From contig CAYMUL010000018.1 of assembly GCA_964393605.1 (NCBI GenBank), positions 1,819 through 65,818 of the forward strand: 64,000 nucleotides of DNA, written 5' to 3'. Positions 37,810-48,274 of the stretch are shown here, one piece after another; within the stretch, counting starts at the first letter, position 1; every line of letters starts with the position of its first letter. The position numbers and the translations under genes are program-made. The notes under the pieces are model-generated. The model was not told where the DNA came from. It ran no database searches and saw nothing but the letters and a program-made list of their open reading frames with translations. The DNA comes from an uncultured Ignavibacteriaceae bacterium (GTDB lineage: Bacteria; Bacteroidota; Ignavibacteria; Ignavibacteriales; Ignavibacteriaceae).

Positions 37810-39324
37810 GTGAAAAAATTTGCACTCTTAAGTGTAACAGATAAAACAAATATTGTAGAATTTGCAAAAGGATTAATAGAAAATAATTTTTCGATTATCG
37901 CTACAGGAAATACTGCAAAACTTTTAAGCGACTCGAATATATCTTGTACCGAAGTTTCGGAGATAACTAATTTCCCTGAAATATTCGATGGAAGAGTAAA
38001 AACTCTGAATCCAAAAATCTTTGGCGGTATTTTAATGCGAAGAGACAATCCTTCCGATTTAGCAGATGCGGTTAATCTCGATATTCCTTTAATAGATTTG
38101 GTATGCGTGAATCTTTACGATTTTAAAACCGCATCGGAAACTCCCAACTTAACGGAAAAATCTTTGATTGAAAAAATCGATATCGGAGGACCGAGTTTAA
38201 TTCGCGCCGCCGCTAAAAATTTTCATTTCACAACAGTAATTACTTCTCCCGAGCAATATCCATCGGTACTTGATGAACTTAAATTCGGCGAAGTTTCAGT
38301 TCAGACAAGAAAAAAATTAGCCGCACTTGCATTCAGCTACACTGCAAGTTATGACACGATGATTCAAAATTCTCTACATGAAAAATTCGGATTAGAGAAA
38401 AATTCTTTTACGATTACTTTTCCACTTACGACGACACTTCGTTACGGCGAGAATCCGCAGCAGAATGCAAAACTTTACGGCGGCTTTTTTAATTATTTTC
38501 AATCTCTTCACGGCAAAGAACTTTCGTACAACAACATCGTTGATATTATTTCCGCGCAAGAATTGATTGAGGATATTGACGGCACCGCATGCGCAATTAT
38601 TAAACACAATAATCCTTGCGGAGTGGCAATTGGCAGTTCTTCGCTCGATGCATATTCAAAAGCATTGAGTTGCGATCCTATTTCTGCTTTCGGAGGAATT
38701 GTTGTATTCAATTCTTCTGTCGATTCTGCAACTGCACAGAAACTCAACGAAATATTTTTAGAAGTTATTATTGCCCCCGATTTTACTTCCGACGCGATGA
38801 ATCTTTTAATTAAAAAGAGAGACAGACGTTTGATAAAATCATTAAAAAATATTTCCGAAGATTCCCAACTTCATTTCAGAGATGTACCCGGCGGAGTGCT
38901 GGTTCAAGACAAAGATAATCTTAAGAATGAAGAGATGAACATTGTAACTGAGAATGCTCCTTCTGAAAAAGACATAGCTGATTTAAAATTTGCAATGGCT
39001 GTGGCAAAGAATGTAAAATCAAATTCGATTGTATTTGCAAAAGATGGAACGACAATAGGAATTGGCGGAGGTGAAGTTTCGCGGCTCGATGCAGTGAAGA
39101 TTGCTGTTATGAAAGCGAAACAGCACCAGCATAATTTAAAAAATTCAGTTGTTGCTTCGGATGCTTTCTTTCCCTTCGCTGATGGACTTTTAGAATGTAT
39201 CAACGCAGGCGCAAAAGCTTTTATTCAACCGGGAGGTTCTTTGAGGGATTATGAAATTATTAATTCCGCGAACGACAACAAGGTAAGTATGATATTTACC
39301 GGGAAGAGACACTTTAAACACTAA
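37810..39324 (+). CDS. purH: bifunctional AICAR transformylase / IMP cyclohydrolase
   Basis: ALLSVTDKT, GGILMRRD, IDIGGPSLIRAAAKN, LRYGENPQQ, IIKHNNPCG, QPGGSLRD. GTG start. Confidence 0.95.
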   Translation: MKKFALLSVTDKTNIVEFAKGLIENNFSIIATGNTAKLLSDSNISCTEVSEITNFPEIFDGRVKTLNPKIFGGILMRRDNPSDLADAVNLDIPLIDLVCVNLYDFKTASETPNLTEKSLIEKIDIGGPSLIRAAAKNFHFTTVITSPEQYPSVLDELKFGEVSVQTRKKLAALAFSYTASYDTMIQNSLHEKFGLEKNSFTITFPLTTTLRYGENPQQNAKLYGGFFNYFQSLHGKELSYNNIVDIISAQELIEDIDGTACAIIKHNNPCGVAIGSSSLDAYSKALSCDPISAFGGIVVFNSSVDSATAQKLNEIFLEVIIAPDFTSDAMNLLIKKRDRRLIKSLKNISEDSQLHFRDVPGGVLVQDKDNLKNEEMNIVTENAPSEKDIADLKFAMAVAKNVKSNSIVFAKDGTTIGIGGGEVSRLDAVKIAVMKAKQHQHNLKNSVVASDAFFPFADGLLECINAGAKAFIQPGGSLRDYEIINSANDNKVSMIFTGKRHFKH

Positions 39325-39332
39325 GAGAAACT

Positions 39333-40358
39333 ATGGGAATATTTGATTTTTTTGGAGCCGATATTGCAATTGATCTTGGCACTGCAAACACACTGATTCA
39401 CGTTAAAGGCAAAGGTATCGTTTTAAACGAACCTTCAATTGTTGCGTTTGATAAAAATACAAAAAAAATTATCGCGCTCGGTAACAAAGCAAAAGAGATG
39501 CAAGGAAGAGAGCACCGCGAAATTAAAGTAACCCGTCCGATGCGCGATGGTGTGATTGCCGATTTTGAAATTGCGGAAGGAATGATTCGTGCTTTCATTC
39601 GTTCGGTAAATAGCGGATTAATTTCTGCGCGAAGAGTTGTCATTGCAGTTCCAAGCGGTGTTACCGAAGTTGAAAAAAGAGCTGTGAGAGATAGTGCCGA
39701 ACATGCAGGTGCAAAGGAAGTTCATCTTATCTCCGAACCAATGGCAGCGGCAATTGGCATTGGCATCGATGTAGAAGCACCTGTCGGAAACATGATTATT
39801 GATATTGGCGGAGGTACAACCGAGATTGCAGTAATTGCTCTTGCAGGAATTTCCACTGAAGAATCAATTCGAATTGCCGGCGATGAAATGAATTATGCAA
39901 TCATGCAGTACTTCAAAAAGAATCATAACATTTTAATCGGCGAAAAAACTGCAGAAGGAATCAAATGCGAAGTTGGTAGCGCAATGCCACTCAAAGAAGA
40001 ATTAACAATTCAAGTAAAGGGGAGAGACCTTATCGGCGGAGTGCCGAAAACCACGGAAGTTTCGTCAGTAGAAATTCGTGAAGCTCTGAATGAAGCTGTT
40101 AGCCAAATTGTTGACGCGGTTAAACAATCATTGGAAAGAACTCCGCCTGAACTTTCTTCCGATATTCTTGATAGAGGCATTATGTTGACCGGCGGCGGTG
40201 CGCTTCTTAAAGGTTTGGATGAAAGAATTAGAATCGAAACAAATCTTCCTGTGCATGTATCCGAAGATCCATTGACTGCCGTCGTACGCGGTACCGGAAA
40301 AGTTATAGAAAATTTAAATCAGTTTTCACGTGTGTTGATTCGTAACCGCAGATATTAA
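39333..40358 (+). CDS. mreB: rod shape-determining actin homologue MreB
   Basis: DIAIDLGTANTLI, EPMAAAIG, IDIGGGTTEIAV, LTGGGALL. Confidence 0.97.
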   Translation: MGIFDFFGADIAIDLGTANTLIHVKGKGIVLNEPSIVAFDKNTKKIIALGNKAKEMQGREHREIKVTRPMRDGVIADFEIAEGMIRAFIRSVNSGLISARRVVIAVPSGVTEVEKRAVRDSAEHAGAKEVHLISEPMAAAIGIGIDVEAPVGNMIIDIGGGTTEIAVIALAGISTEESIRIAGDEMNYAIMQYFKKNHNILIGEKTAEGIKCEVGSAMPLKEELTIQVKGRDLIGGVPKTTEVSSVEIREALNEAVSQIVDAVKQSLERTPPELSSDILDRGIMLTGGGALLKGLDERIRIETNLPVHVSEDPLTAVVRGTGKVIENLNQFSRVLIRNRRY

Positions 40359-41197
40359 TGGCTAAGATTTTCAAAAATTTTTGGAATGACTTTAAGCAGT
40401 TCATTATTCTTTGCATTTTATTAGTTACATCTTTCTTTTTAATCTCTCAGGCACAACATCCATCGATAAATAATTTCAAAACATTTCTCTTTGGAAATTT
40501 TGCGGCGTTCACTTCATTTTTCCCGAGCATCAACACTTTACGTTCATCTGAAGAAGAGTTAAAAGATCTTCGTGAAAATAACGCGAAGTTAATGTTGCAA
40601 GTAAATCAACTTCGCGAGTATGCAATTGTTAATGAAGAACTACGAAGTCTCCTAAATTTTAAAGACACAACATCCATTCAAATCATTCCCGCAAAAATTA
40701 TTTATAAAACAATTACAACTTCGCAATCAACAATTACATTGAACTGCGGAAGTGATGACAGTGTGCAAGTCGGTATGCCCGTTGTAAATGATTTAGGTCT
40801 TGTCGGAATTGTTCATGATGTCTCAAAAAATTTTTCAATCGTGCGTACGCTTCAGAATATTCACATGAAGGTCGCGGTTAAAAATCAAAACTCAAGATAT
40901 CAGGGAATACTTCGATGGGACGGCGAAAAATTACAGATTATTAATTTGCCAAAGACCGCGTTGGTGGCGGTCGGAGATAGAATTATTACGAGCGAGATAA
41001 GTTCAATTATCAATCTTCAACTTCCGATCGGATATATTTCAAAAATTCAAAATGCGGAAAAAGGTATTTTTCATGATGTAGTTATTAAACCGTTTGTCGA
41101 TTTTGATAGAATCGAAAATGTTTTTGTTTTAAAGAAAAGAACTTCATTGGTAAAACGAAATATCGAATTGAATTTACACATCGGAAAGAATGAATGA
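40358..41197 (+). CDS. mreC: rod shape-determining protein MreC
   Basis: N-terminal TM segment, then a coiled coil (LKDLRENNAKLMLQVNQLRE), then beta-domains (GMPVVNDLGLVGIV, GDRIITSE). Positioned between mreB and mreD. Confidence 0.85.
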   Translation: MAKIFKNFWNDFKQFIILCILLVTSFFLISQAQHPSINNFKTFLFGNFAAFTSFFPSINTLRSSEEELKDLRENNAKLMLQVNQLREYAIVNEELRSLLNFKDTTSIQIIPAKIIYKTITTSQSTITLNCGSDDSVQVGMPVVNDLGLVGIVHDVSKNFSIVRTLQNIHMKVAVKNQNSRYQGILRWDGEKLQIINLPKTALVAVGDRIITSEISSIINLQLPIGYISKIQNAEKGIFHDVVIKPFVDFDRIENVFVLKKRTSLVKRNIELNLHIGKNE

Positions 41198-41685
41198 TTG
41201 CCAGAAATTATATTATATCGTTCTTAATTTTCTTCCCGATATTACTTGTGCAGATATTATTTGTGCCATTCTTTTCACTCGGCACATTATCTCCCGATTT
41301 AATTATGTTACTCATCGTGTTTTATTCTTTGAAGAACGGACAAATATTCGGAATGATTGCCGGATTCATCTTCGGTTTCTTCTTCGATATTTCTTCGGGG
41401 GGAATGCTTGGGTCCAGCATGTTCAGTTATACGTTGAGCGGTTTTGTTGCCGGAATATTCTACAACGAAAATAAATTTTATTATTATTTGAAATCGCTCT
41501 TCTTCGCAGTGATTGTAATCTTTTGCACGTTGATAAATAACACGGTTTATTATTTAATAACAGAATTCACAAGTGACATGAATTTGATTTCGCTTCTGTT
41601 CATGCAAGGAATTTATCCCGCACTTTATACTGCGGTGATTGCAAGTCTCTTTTCATTCTTTGTTCCGAAAGGAGTAGAAACTTGA
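41194..41685 (+). CDS. mreD: rod shape-determining protein MreD
   Basis: 163-aa polytopic membrane protein in the canonical mreBCD position. ATGA overlaps on both sides. Confidence 0.7.
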   Translation: MIARNYIISFLIFFPILLVQILFVPFFSLGTLSPDLIMLLIVFYSLKNGQIFGMIAGFIFGFFFDISSGGMLGSSMFSYTLSGFVAGIFYNENKFYYYLKSLFFAVIVIFCTLINNTVYYLITEFTSDMNLISLLFMQGIYPALYTAVIASLFSFFVPKGVET

Positions 41686-43478
41686 TCGGCGAAAAATTTG
41701 CATCAATTGAACGTCGTTCGGTCCTGTTCGCATTAATTATTCTTGTTGCGTCGGTGTTTTTATTTCGATTAGCTCAACTGCAAATAATAAATAAAGCAAA
41801 ATTCGAAGAGAGATCAAGCGATAACAGTATTAAACCTGTAACAGAGACGCCATTGCGCGGGCTCTTCTTCGATCGAAATGGGAAAATTATTGTTGATAAT
41901 ATCCCGGCTTACACTATTCGTATCACTCCTGCGAAATACGATACATCAAATAATATGCTGCTCGAAAGTTCATTCGAACTTGAACCTGGATTTGTGAACA
42001 ACCTTTTACACAAAAATAAAAATTATTCTCAACATGTTCCGGTAAAGATTAAGAGGGGTGTTAGCGTTGAATCAATTGCCTGGCTTGAGGAGAACAGCGA
42101 ATATCTTCCCGGAGTAGATTACATAATCGAGATGCAAAGAAATTACATCGAAGGAATCATGCCTTCGCATATTTACGGTTACTCTAAAGAAGTAGGGCAA
42201 GCACAAATTAAAAGCGACAATTATTATGCATCCGGCGATGTCATCGGTTTTAACGGCATCGAAAAATATTACGAAGAAAAATTGCGCGGCGTAAAAGGTT
42301 ATAACTTCATTGTCGTTGATTCTAAAGGAAAAGAAATTTCAAAATTCAATTCGGGATTCCAGGATATTCCTTCAAAGAAAGGAAGTGATCTTATTCTTGG
42401 AATTGATGCAAATGTACAACGCGCGGCAGAACTTGATTTCGTTGGCAAATCCGGTGCCGCAGTTGCAATCGATCCGAAAACCGGAGAAATAATTGCGATG
42501 GTCAGCGCACCAAATTACGATTTAAATCAATTCTCATATCAAACATCGCGCGAGTATCTCTCCAAATTATACGCCGATCCATTGAAACCGCAATTCAATC
42601 GCGCTACAATGTCGGCACATCCTCCCGGATCAACATTTAAACTTATCTCTTCAATAGCGGCACTTGATTTGGGTGTAATCAATCCTGCATTTACTTATTA
42701 TTGTGGTGGCGGATTTACGTTCGGAAGATTTTTCAAATGTCACGGTGCAGATGGAAGTTTGAATGTTATTCACGCAATTGAAAGATCATGCAACACATTT
42801 TTTTATCAATTAATTTTTAGAGTAGGATTGAATAATCTTGCCGATTATGCAAATCGCTTCAAACTCGGAATAAAGACCGGTGTTGATATCGCGGAAGAAT
42901 CCGGCGGATTGATTCCGCGAGAATCGTACTACGAAAAAGTGTACGGAAAAAATTGGCCCCGCGGAATTCTTGTTAGTCTTGGAATTGGACAAGGAGAGAT
43001 AAGCGTTACTCCTTTGCAACTTGCTTTCTTTGCGGCTTTGATTGCCAATGATGGCGTTAGTTACACTCCTCATCTTGTTAAAGGATTTTACGATAAAAAC
43101 AGAAATCTTGTCGAGTTGAATTTCCCTAAAGTTGATACGAAAGTAAAGAAAGAAGTTTTTGAAATTGTAAAAGAAGGAATGCGGCTTGTAGTTCAAGGTA
43201 ATGGAACAGCAACAAGAATTAGAACACCCGATTATGAAATTGCAGGTAAAACCGGAACGGCGCAAAACCCGCACGGTAAAGATCATGCATGGTTTATGGG
43301 CTTTGCACCATTCAATGATCCGCAAATTGCTGTGGCGGTAATGGTTGAGAATGTCGGATTCGGTTCCACTCACGCGGCACCAATTGCAAAGAAAATGTTG
43401 GATGAATATCTTCTCCCCAAAATTAAGAAGAAGGAAATTAAAAAAAGTATTACTTCAAATCTTTTGCCGGTGAATTGA
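41682..43478 (+). CDS. mrdA: penicillin-binding protein 2 (elongasome transpeptidase)
   Basis: Signal-anchor. Transpeptidase motifs STFK (PPGSTFKL), SCN (ERSCNTF) and KTGT (AGKTGTAQ). Confidence 0.92.
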   Translation: MIGEKFASIERRSVLFALIILVASVFLFRLAQLQIINKAKFEERSSDNSIKPVTETPLRGLFFDRNGKIIVDNIPAYTIRITPAKYDTSNNMLLESSFELEPGFVNNLLHKNKNYSQHVPVKIKRGVSVESIAWLEENSEYLPGVDYIIEMQRNYIEGIMPSHIYGYSKEVGQAQIKSDNYYASGDVIGFNGIEKYYEEKLRGVKGYNFIVVDSKGKEISKFNSGFQDIPSKKGSDLILGIDANVQRAAELDFVGKSGAAVAIDPKTGEIIAMVSAPNYDLNQFSYQTSREYLSKLYADPLKPQFNRATMSAHPPGSTFKLISSIAALDLGVINPAFTYYCGGGFTFGRFFKCHGADGSLNVIHAIERSCNTFFYQLIFRVGLNNLADYANRFKLGIKTGVDIAEESGGLIPRESYYEKVYGKNWPRGILVSLGIGQGEISVTPLQLAFFAALIANDGVSYTPHLVKGFYDKNRNLVELNFPKVDTKVKKEVFEIVKEGMRLVVQGNGTATRIRTPDYEIAGKTGTAQNPHGKDHAWFMGFAPFNDPQIAVAVMVENVGFGSTHAAPIAKKMLDEYLLPKIKKKEIKKSITSNLLPVN

Positions 43479-44708
43479 ATGAGAATAAGTTATCGCATTC
43501 AAGATCGCTTCGACATCATTTTATTTTCGGCAGTAATTTTGCTTTGCTTCATTGGCTTGGCTTCAATTTATAGTGCGACACAAACAATTGATGCAAATTC
43601 AACAAACGTGAACAAACAACTGATTGCAATCGGTTTGGGATTGTTCGCCGCATTCGTGATTTATTTTTTGCCGTCAAAAATTTTTTCAATGATTGCAGTT
43701 CCTTCTTATTTAATATCAATTTTGCTGTTGATTGTTGTGCTGCTCATCGGTAGAAGTGCAGGCGGTGCTAAAAGTTGGATAATGATTGGCGGATTGAATT
43801 TTCAGCCTGCGGAGTATGCAAAGATTTCTACAATCTTGATGATCTCTTATTATTTAAGTAGAAAAAATGTGAACCTTGAATCTTTAAAAGATTTAGGCAT
43901 CACGCTATCACTTGCAATCTTTCCGGTTTTATTAATTCTGCTCGAGCCTGATCTTGGAAGTGCGATCGTATTTTTTTCTATCACTCTTGCACTAATTTTT
44001 TGGAAGGGGATTAGCATGTTCGGATTGTTCGTTGTGCTTTCACCTGCCATCGTTTCGATCTCGTCTTTGTTCGGTGCAACATATCTGTTAATTATTTTAG
44101 GACTTTTGCTCATCACGCTCATACTATTCCGGAAAGATTTATTTACAAGCGGAACGATACTTGCATTCAATATTGCGGCGGGATTTTTTGTAGATTTCGT
44201 TTATGGAATTCTGAGTCCGCACCAACAAAGAAGAATTCTATCATTCCTCGATCCTGCAAGCGATCCGCTCGGTTCCGGTTACAATGCAATACAAGCGCAA
44301 ATAGCAATCGGCTCAGGAGGAATTTGGGGTAAAGGATATTTAAGCGGAAACCAAACGCAGTTGCAATTCATTCCCGAACAATGGACAGATTTTATTTTTT
44401 GTGTCATTGGCGAGGAGTTTGGTTTTGCCGGTTCGCTGATTATCATCGTACTTTTTTCAGTAATATTTTTCAGGTTACTTCAAGCGGCGCAACTTGCAAA
44501 GAATGAATTTTTCAGTTTGCTCATCATCGGAATACTTTCGATTTTTCTTACGCACTTTACAATAAATATTGGAATGGCAATCGGGCTTCTTCCCGTAATC
44601 GGAATTCCTCTTCCGTTCGTTAGTTACGGCGGCAGTTCGCTCATCTCCAATTTTATAATGGTTGCAATCGCCATGAATATTTATAGAACTAAAAAGGAAC
44701 ACACGTAA
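43479..44708 (+). CDS. rodA: SEDS glycosyltransferase RodA
   Basis: Ten-TM SEDS pattern: [49 protein letters not shown]. Confidence 0.92.
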   Translation: MRISYRIQDRFDIILFSAVILLCFIGLASIYSATQTIDANSTNVNKQLIAIGLGLFAAFVIYFLPSKIFSMIAVPSYLISILLLIVVLLIGRSAGGAKSWIMIGGLNFQPAEYAKISTILMISYYLSRKNVNLESLKDLGITLSLAIFPVLLILLEPDLGSAIVFFSITLALIFWKGISMFGLFVVLSPAIVSISSLFGATYLLIILGLLLITLILFRKDLFTSGTILAFNIAAGFFVDFVYGILSPHQQRRILSFLDPASDPLGSGYNAIQAQIAIGSGGIWGKGYLSGNQTQLQFIPEQWTDFIFCVIGEEFGFAGSLIIIVLFSVIFFRLLQAAQLAKNEFFSLLIIGILSIFLTHFTINIGMAIGLLPVIGIPLPFVSYGGSSLISNFIMVAIAMNIYRTKKEHT

Positions 44709-44717
44709 GGAGTAATC

Positions 44718-45269
44718 TTGATTTTATCGGATTCAGAAATTCTTAAAGAAATTGAACGCGGAAATATTTTAATTCAACCTTTCAACCGCGAAAAACTCGG
44801 CACGAACAGTTATGATGTACATCTCGGCAAATGGCTTTCCGTTTATGAAGATGATATTCTCGATGCAAAAAAACATAACAAAGTTTCGCTCTTTCAAATT
44901 CCCGAAGATGGATTTATTCTTCTTCCATCAAAATTATATCTCGGTGTAACGGAAGAGTACACTGAAACAAAAACAACAGTTCCATTTCTTGAAGGAAAAT
45001 CTTCTGTCGGTCGCCTCGGTATTGATATTCATGCAACTGCCGGAAAGGGTGATGTCGGTTTTTGTAACTATTGGACGTTGGAAATTTCCGTTAAGCAACC
45101 TGTTAAAATTTACGCAGGTATGCCAATCGGTCAACTAATTTATTTTAAAGTTGATGGTGAAATTTCCACTTCGTACGACAAAAAGAAATCTGCAAAGTAT
45201 AACTCGAGAAGTGAATATCCGGTAGAATCGATGATGTTCAAGAATTTTAAAGATGACGGCAAAAGATAA
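44718..45269 (+). CDS. dcd: dCTP deaminase
   Basis: ILSDSEILKEI...IQPF...LGTNSYDVHLG, GKSSVGRLGI, TLEI. 183 aa. TTG start. Confidence 0.85.
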   Translation: MILSDSEILKEIERGNILIQPFNREKLGTNSYDVHLGKWLSVYEDDILDAKKHNKVSLFQIPEDGFILLPSKLYLGVTEEYTETKTTVPFLEGKSSVGRLGIDIHATAGKGDVGFCNYWTLEISVKQPVKIYAGMPIGQLIYFKVDGEISTSYDKKKSAKYNSRSEYPVESMMFKNFKDDGKR

Positions 45270-46062
45270 AATAAAATTAGCGTACAATTCGCAAAAGCAT
45301 ATTTGCATCGGTCTCGATACCGATTTGCAAAAAATTCCTCCGCATTTAAAGAACGAAAAAAATCCGGTTGTCAATTTCAACAAACAAATCATCGATTCGA
45401 CACGGGAAGATTGCGGTGCGTACAAAATTAATTTTGCATTTTATGAAGCCGAAGGTTTGAGGGGAATCGAAAATTTAATTGAAACAATCGAGCACATAGG
45501 TACAGACAAATTTATTATCGGCGATGCCAAGCGTGGCGATATTGGTAACACTGCCGAACAATATGCGAAAAGCGCGTCCGATATTTTTAAATGTGATTCC
45601 GTTACTGTCAATCCTTACATGGGGCTTGATACTCTTGAGCCATTCATTGCTCGTGATGATAATATTACATACGTTCTCGGATTGACTTCCAATCCCGGTG
45701 CAAATGATTTTGAAAAAATTATTTTGAATGACGGCAGATTTCTTTTCCAAAAAATTATATCGGATGTGAAATCAAAAAACAAAAATGAAAATTGCGGAAT
45801 AGTTTTCGGCGCAACCAAATTGAATGAACTAATTGAAAACTTGCAGTTGTTAAAAGGACTTCATCTCTTAATTCCAGGTGTTGGCGCGCAAGGTGGAGAT
45901 TTAAAACAAATCGTTTCGGAACTTACAAAACAGAAGCATCATAAATTTTTAGTCAATGTCAGTCGTTCAGTTCTTTATAAATCTTCGGGAAAAGATTTTG
46001 CTGCGGAGGCAAAAAAAGAATTACTCTCACTCAACGAAGTTGTGAGAAAAAATTATGAGTGA
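45253..46062 (+). CDS. pyrF: orotidine 5'-phosphate decarboxylase (type 2)
   Basis: ICIGLDTD, YKINFAFYEA, IGDAKRGDIGNT, PGVGAQGG. Confidence 0.87.
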   Translation: MTAKDKIKLAYNSQKHICIGLDTDLQKIPPHLKNEKNPVVNFNKQIIDSTREDCGAYKINFAFYEAEGLRGIENLIETIEHIGTDKFIIGDAKRGDIGNTAEQYAKSASDIFKCDSVTVNPYMGLDTLEPFIARDDNITYVLGLTSNPGANDFEKIILNDGRFLFQKIISDVKSKNKNENCGIVFGATKLNELIENLQLLKGLHLLIPGVGAQGGDLKQIVSELTKQKHHKFLVNVSRSVLYKSSGKDFAAEAKKELLSLNEVVRKNYE

Positions 46063-46420
46063 ACAGGAAGCAAAAGTATTTGATGATTTTGAATTCGATG
46101 ATGCAATACAGCCGGCATTCAATCAAATAACTAAACCGGAACGGCTTCGTATAGATTTATCTTTACCTGAATTAAAATTATCGAAGATTGATCGCAAAAC
46201 TGCACGAGAGGTAAAAATAATTTTCATCGTACCCAAATTGCCGAGGCGTGTGTCGGTTTATCTTTTCATAAACAAAAAAAAGAAAGATATGTACTTTCAA
46301 ATTGCGCCCGGCTTGTTTAACTTTACACGCACAAATATTAAAGCTTCTGATGAAGTGGAAATATTTTATGCGGTAGGACAGAGGCGTTCTAATTCACTTC
46401 ACATTAATTTAAAGGCGTGA
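46055..46420 (+). CDS. hypothetical protein
   Basis: 121-aa ORF overlapping the pyrF stop by 8 nt. I recognise no motifs. Coding status rests on its position in a tight operon. Confidence 0.4.
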   Translation: MSEQEAKVFDDFEFDDAIQPAFNQITKPERLRIDLSLPELKLSKIDRKTAREVKIIFIVPKLPRRVSVYLFINKKKKDMYFQIAPGLFNFTRTNIKASDEVEIFYAVGQRRSNSLHINLKA

Positions 46421-46427
46421 ATGCGGT

Positions 46428-47909
46428 TTGACAAACGAAAGAAAATTCTTAGAAAAATTTCTTTATGAAATTTGGCGAAATCATAAATTCGAAAAAGAGA
46501 TTTTAACTCTTGAAGGCGAATCGATTGAAATTCAAGATCCCGGCTCATTAAATGAAAATTTAGCCGGACCGGATTTTATTGACGCGAGAATTAAAATTGG
46601 AAATATCACTTATGTTGGCGATGTCGAAATCGATTCGCAACACTCCGACTGGCGCAGTCATGGGCACAATATCAATGTACGATTTAACAAAGTTATTTTG
46701 CATGTAATTGCATCGGCAAGCACGCAGGCAAGGTTTGTTGTGAATCAAGAGGGAAGAAAAATTCCTACAATCTGCTTCGATGATTTTGTTGATGACGGAA
46801 TTAAAAACACAATTGAAAAATATCTTAAAACAATCGATGCAGAAAAACCGAATCTTTTTCCGTGCAAAGATTTAGCCGCTTCAACAGATGAACAATTTCG
46901 GCAGAAGTTCGTGTACGAATTGGGCGTTCAAAGATTCAAGGTTAAAACAAACAAAATCGCTTCCCGTTTGAAGGAACTAATTTATCTTCATGAAAATTCC
47001 ATCAAAGAACCAATCATCAATTATGATGTTCCGAAAGATTATATGGAGAAGCCGATCGACCCTTTGCATCTGAAAGATAAAATTTTATGGGAACAACTTT
47101 TTTACGAAAATCTTTTCGAAGCACTGGGTTATTCGCCCAATAAAAATATTTTTTCAAAAATTTCTAAAGCAGTTACGTTTGAATTTATTCGCAACTCACT
47201 TGATCAACACAATTTAAGAACTCAATTGCAAGCTGTGTTTTTCAATGTCGGAGGCATCATTCCCGAAGCAGACACTTATGAAGAGGAAGCAACCGCCGAG
47301 TATATCCGCAAGTTGAAAGAAGATTGGATGCACTTAAAATCTAAATATGACGGGCAAAATTTCGATGCAACAGATTGGCATTTTTTCAGACTGCGTCCCT
47401 CAAATTTTCCAACTATAAGAATTGCCGGTGGTGTCGAACTGATCATTCGAATCATCAGAGAAAATCTTTTGGCGGGTATTGTAAAACGCATTTCTGAAAT
47501 TTATAATTTTGATATTTTGAAAAAATCTATCGCCGGACAGTTTATCGTTCCCGCAAAAGGTTATTGGAGTACTCATTATATCTTTGATAGAAGAGCGAAG
47601 GAAAAAATTCGATATTTAATCGGCAGTAGTCGGGTTGATGAAATTTTGATTAATGTTGTCCTTCCATACTTTTATGTCTATTTTGATCTCTTCGGGAAAC
47701 ATAATCAGCGCGACAAACTATTAAAGTTTTATAGCCAGATGAAAGTAGAAATTGAAAACGGAATGGTGAAAGAAATCGCTTCGAACTTGCAGATGAAAGA
47801 TATTTGGAAACGAACAATTTATTATCAGGGTTTGATAGAACTATTCCGCGGCTACTGTTCGCGCGATGGATGCAGCGAATGTAAAATAGGGGAGAAAGTT
47901 TTTACTTAA
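46428..47909 (+). CDS. DUF2851 family protein
   Basis: N-terminal signature LYEIW....F......T..GE.IEI.DPG.LN...GPDF.DARIKIG...YVGDVEI...SDW..HGH......N.VILHV as I recall for DUF2851. C-terminal Cys cluster CSRDGCSECKIG. Confidence 0.7.
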   Translation: MTNERKFLEKFLYEIWRNHKFEKEILTLEGESIEIQDPGSLNENLAGPDFIDARIKIGNITYVGDVEIDSQHSDWRSHGHNINVRFNKVILHVIASASTQARFVVNQEGRKIPTICFDDFVDDGIKNTIEKYLKTIDAEKPNLFPCKDLAASTDEQFRQKFVYELGVQRFKVKTNKIASRLKELIYLHENSIKEPIINYDVPKDYMEKPIDPLHLKDKILWEQLFYENLFEALGYSPNKNIFSKISKAVTFEFIRNSLDQHNLRTQLQAVFFNVGGIIPEADTYEEEATAEYIRKLKEDWMHLKSKYDGQNFDATDWHFFRLRPSNFPTIRIAGGVELIIRIIRENLLAGIVKRISEIYNFDILKKSIAGQFIVPAKGYWSTHYIFDRRAKEKIRYLIGSSRVDEILINVVLPYFYVYFDLFGKHNQRDKLLKFYSQMKVEIENGMVKEIASNLQMKDIWKRTIYYQGLIELFRGYCSRDGCSECKIGEKVFT

Positions 47910-48274
47910 CCTAACCTGGACAAGCCAGAACCGAAGTTTAATGTTAATCAAGTTGTTGTTCCTACTTTGGTATTGAGTGCATTCCAACTAAGAAAATAAT
48001 ATCTCATCCCCGAAAGCTTTCGTGATGCGCTCAGTAATCGAATTATTTAAATTATTTTTCCCGTTAGGGAAAATATGTTGGTAAGAAAAATCACGAACGT
48101 AATACTTAATCCCGTAGGGATGACACAATTTACTTTATTCATCTTCCTTTACTTCTTGAACCAAACCAAAAGTTGAAAATTTTACAAATAGTTGTTTTAG
48201 CCATAATTGACAAGGGTATGCAGAAACTGAAAAAAATACTTTCCAGAATTTGTAGTGAATTTAATTGAAAATAA

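Noticed and set aside
41190-41474. 94-aa ORF in an alternative frame at the mreC/mreD junction
   Set aside because: It overlaps mreD, whose frame gives a coherent polytopic membrane protein in the canonical position. The alternative product is Cys/Arg-rich with no features.
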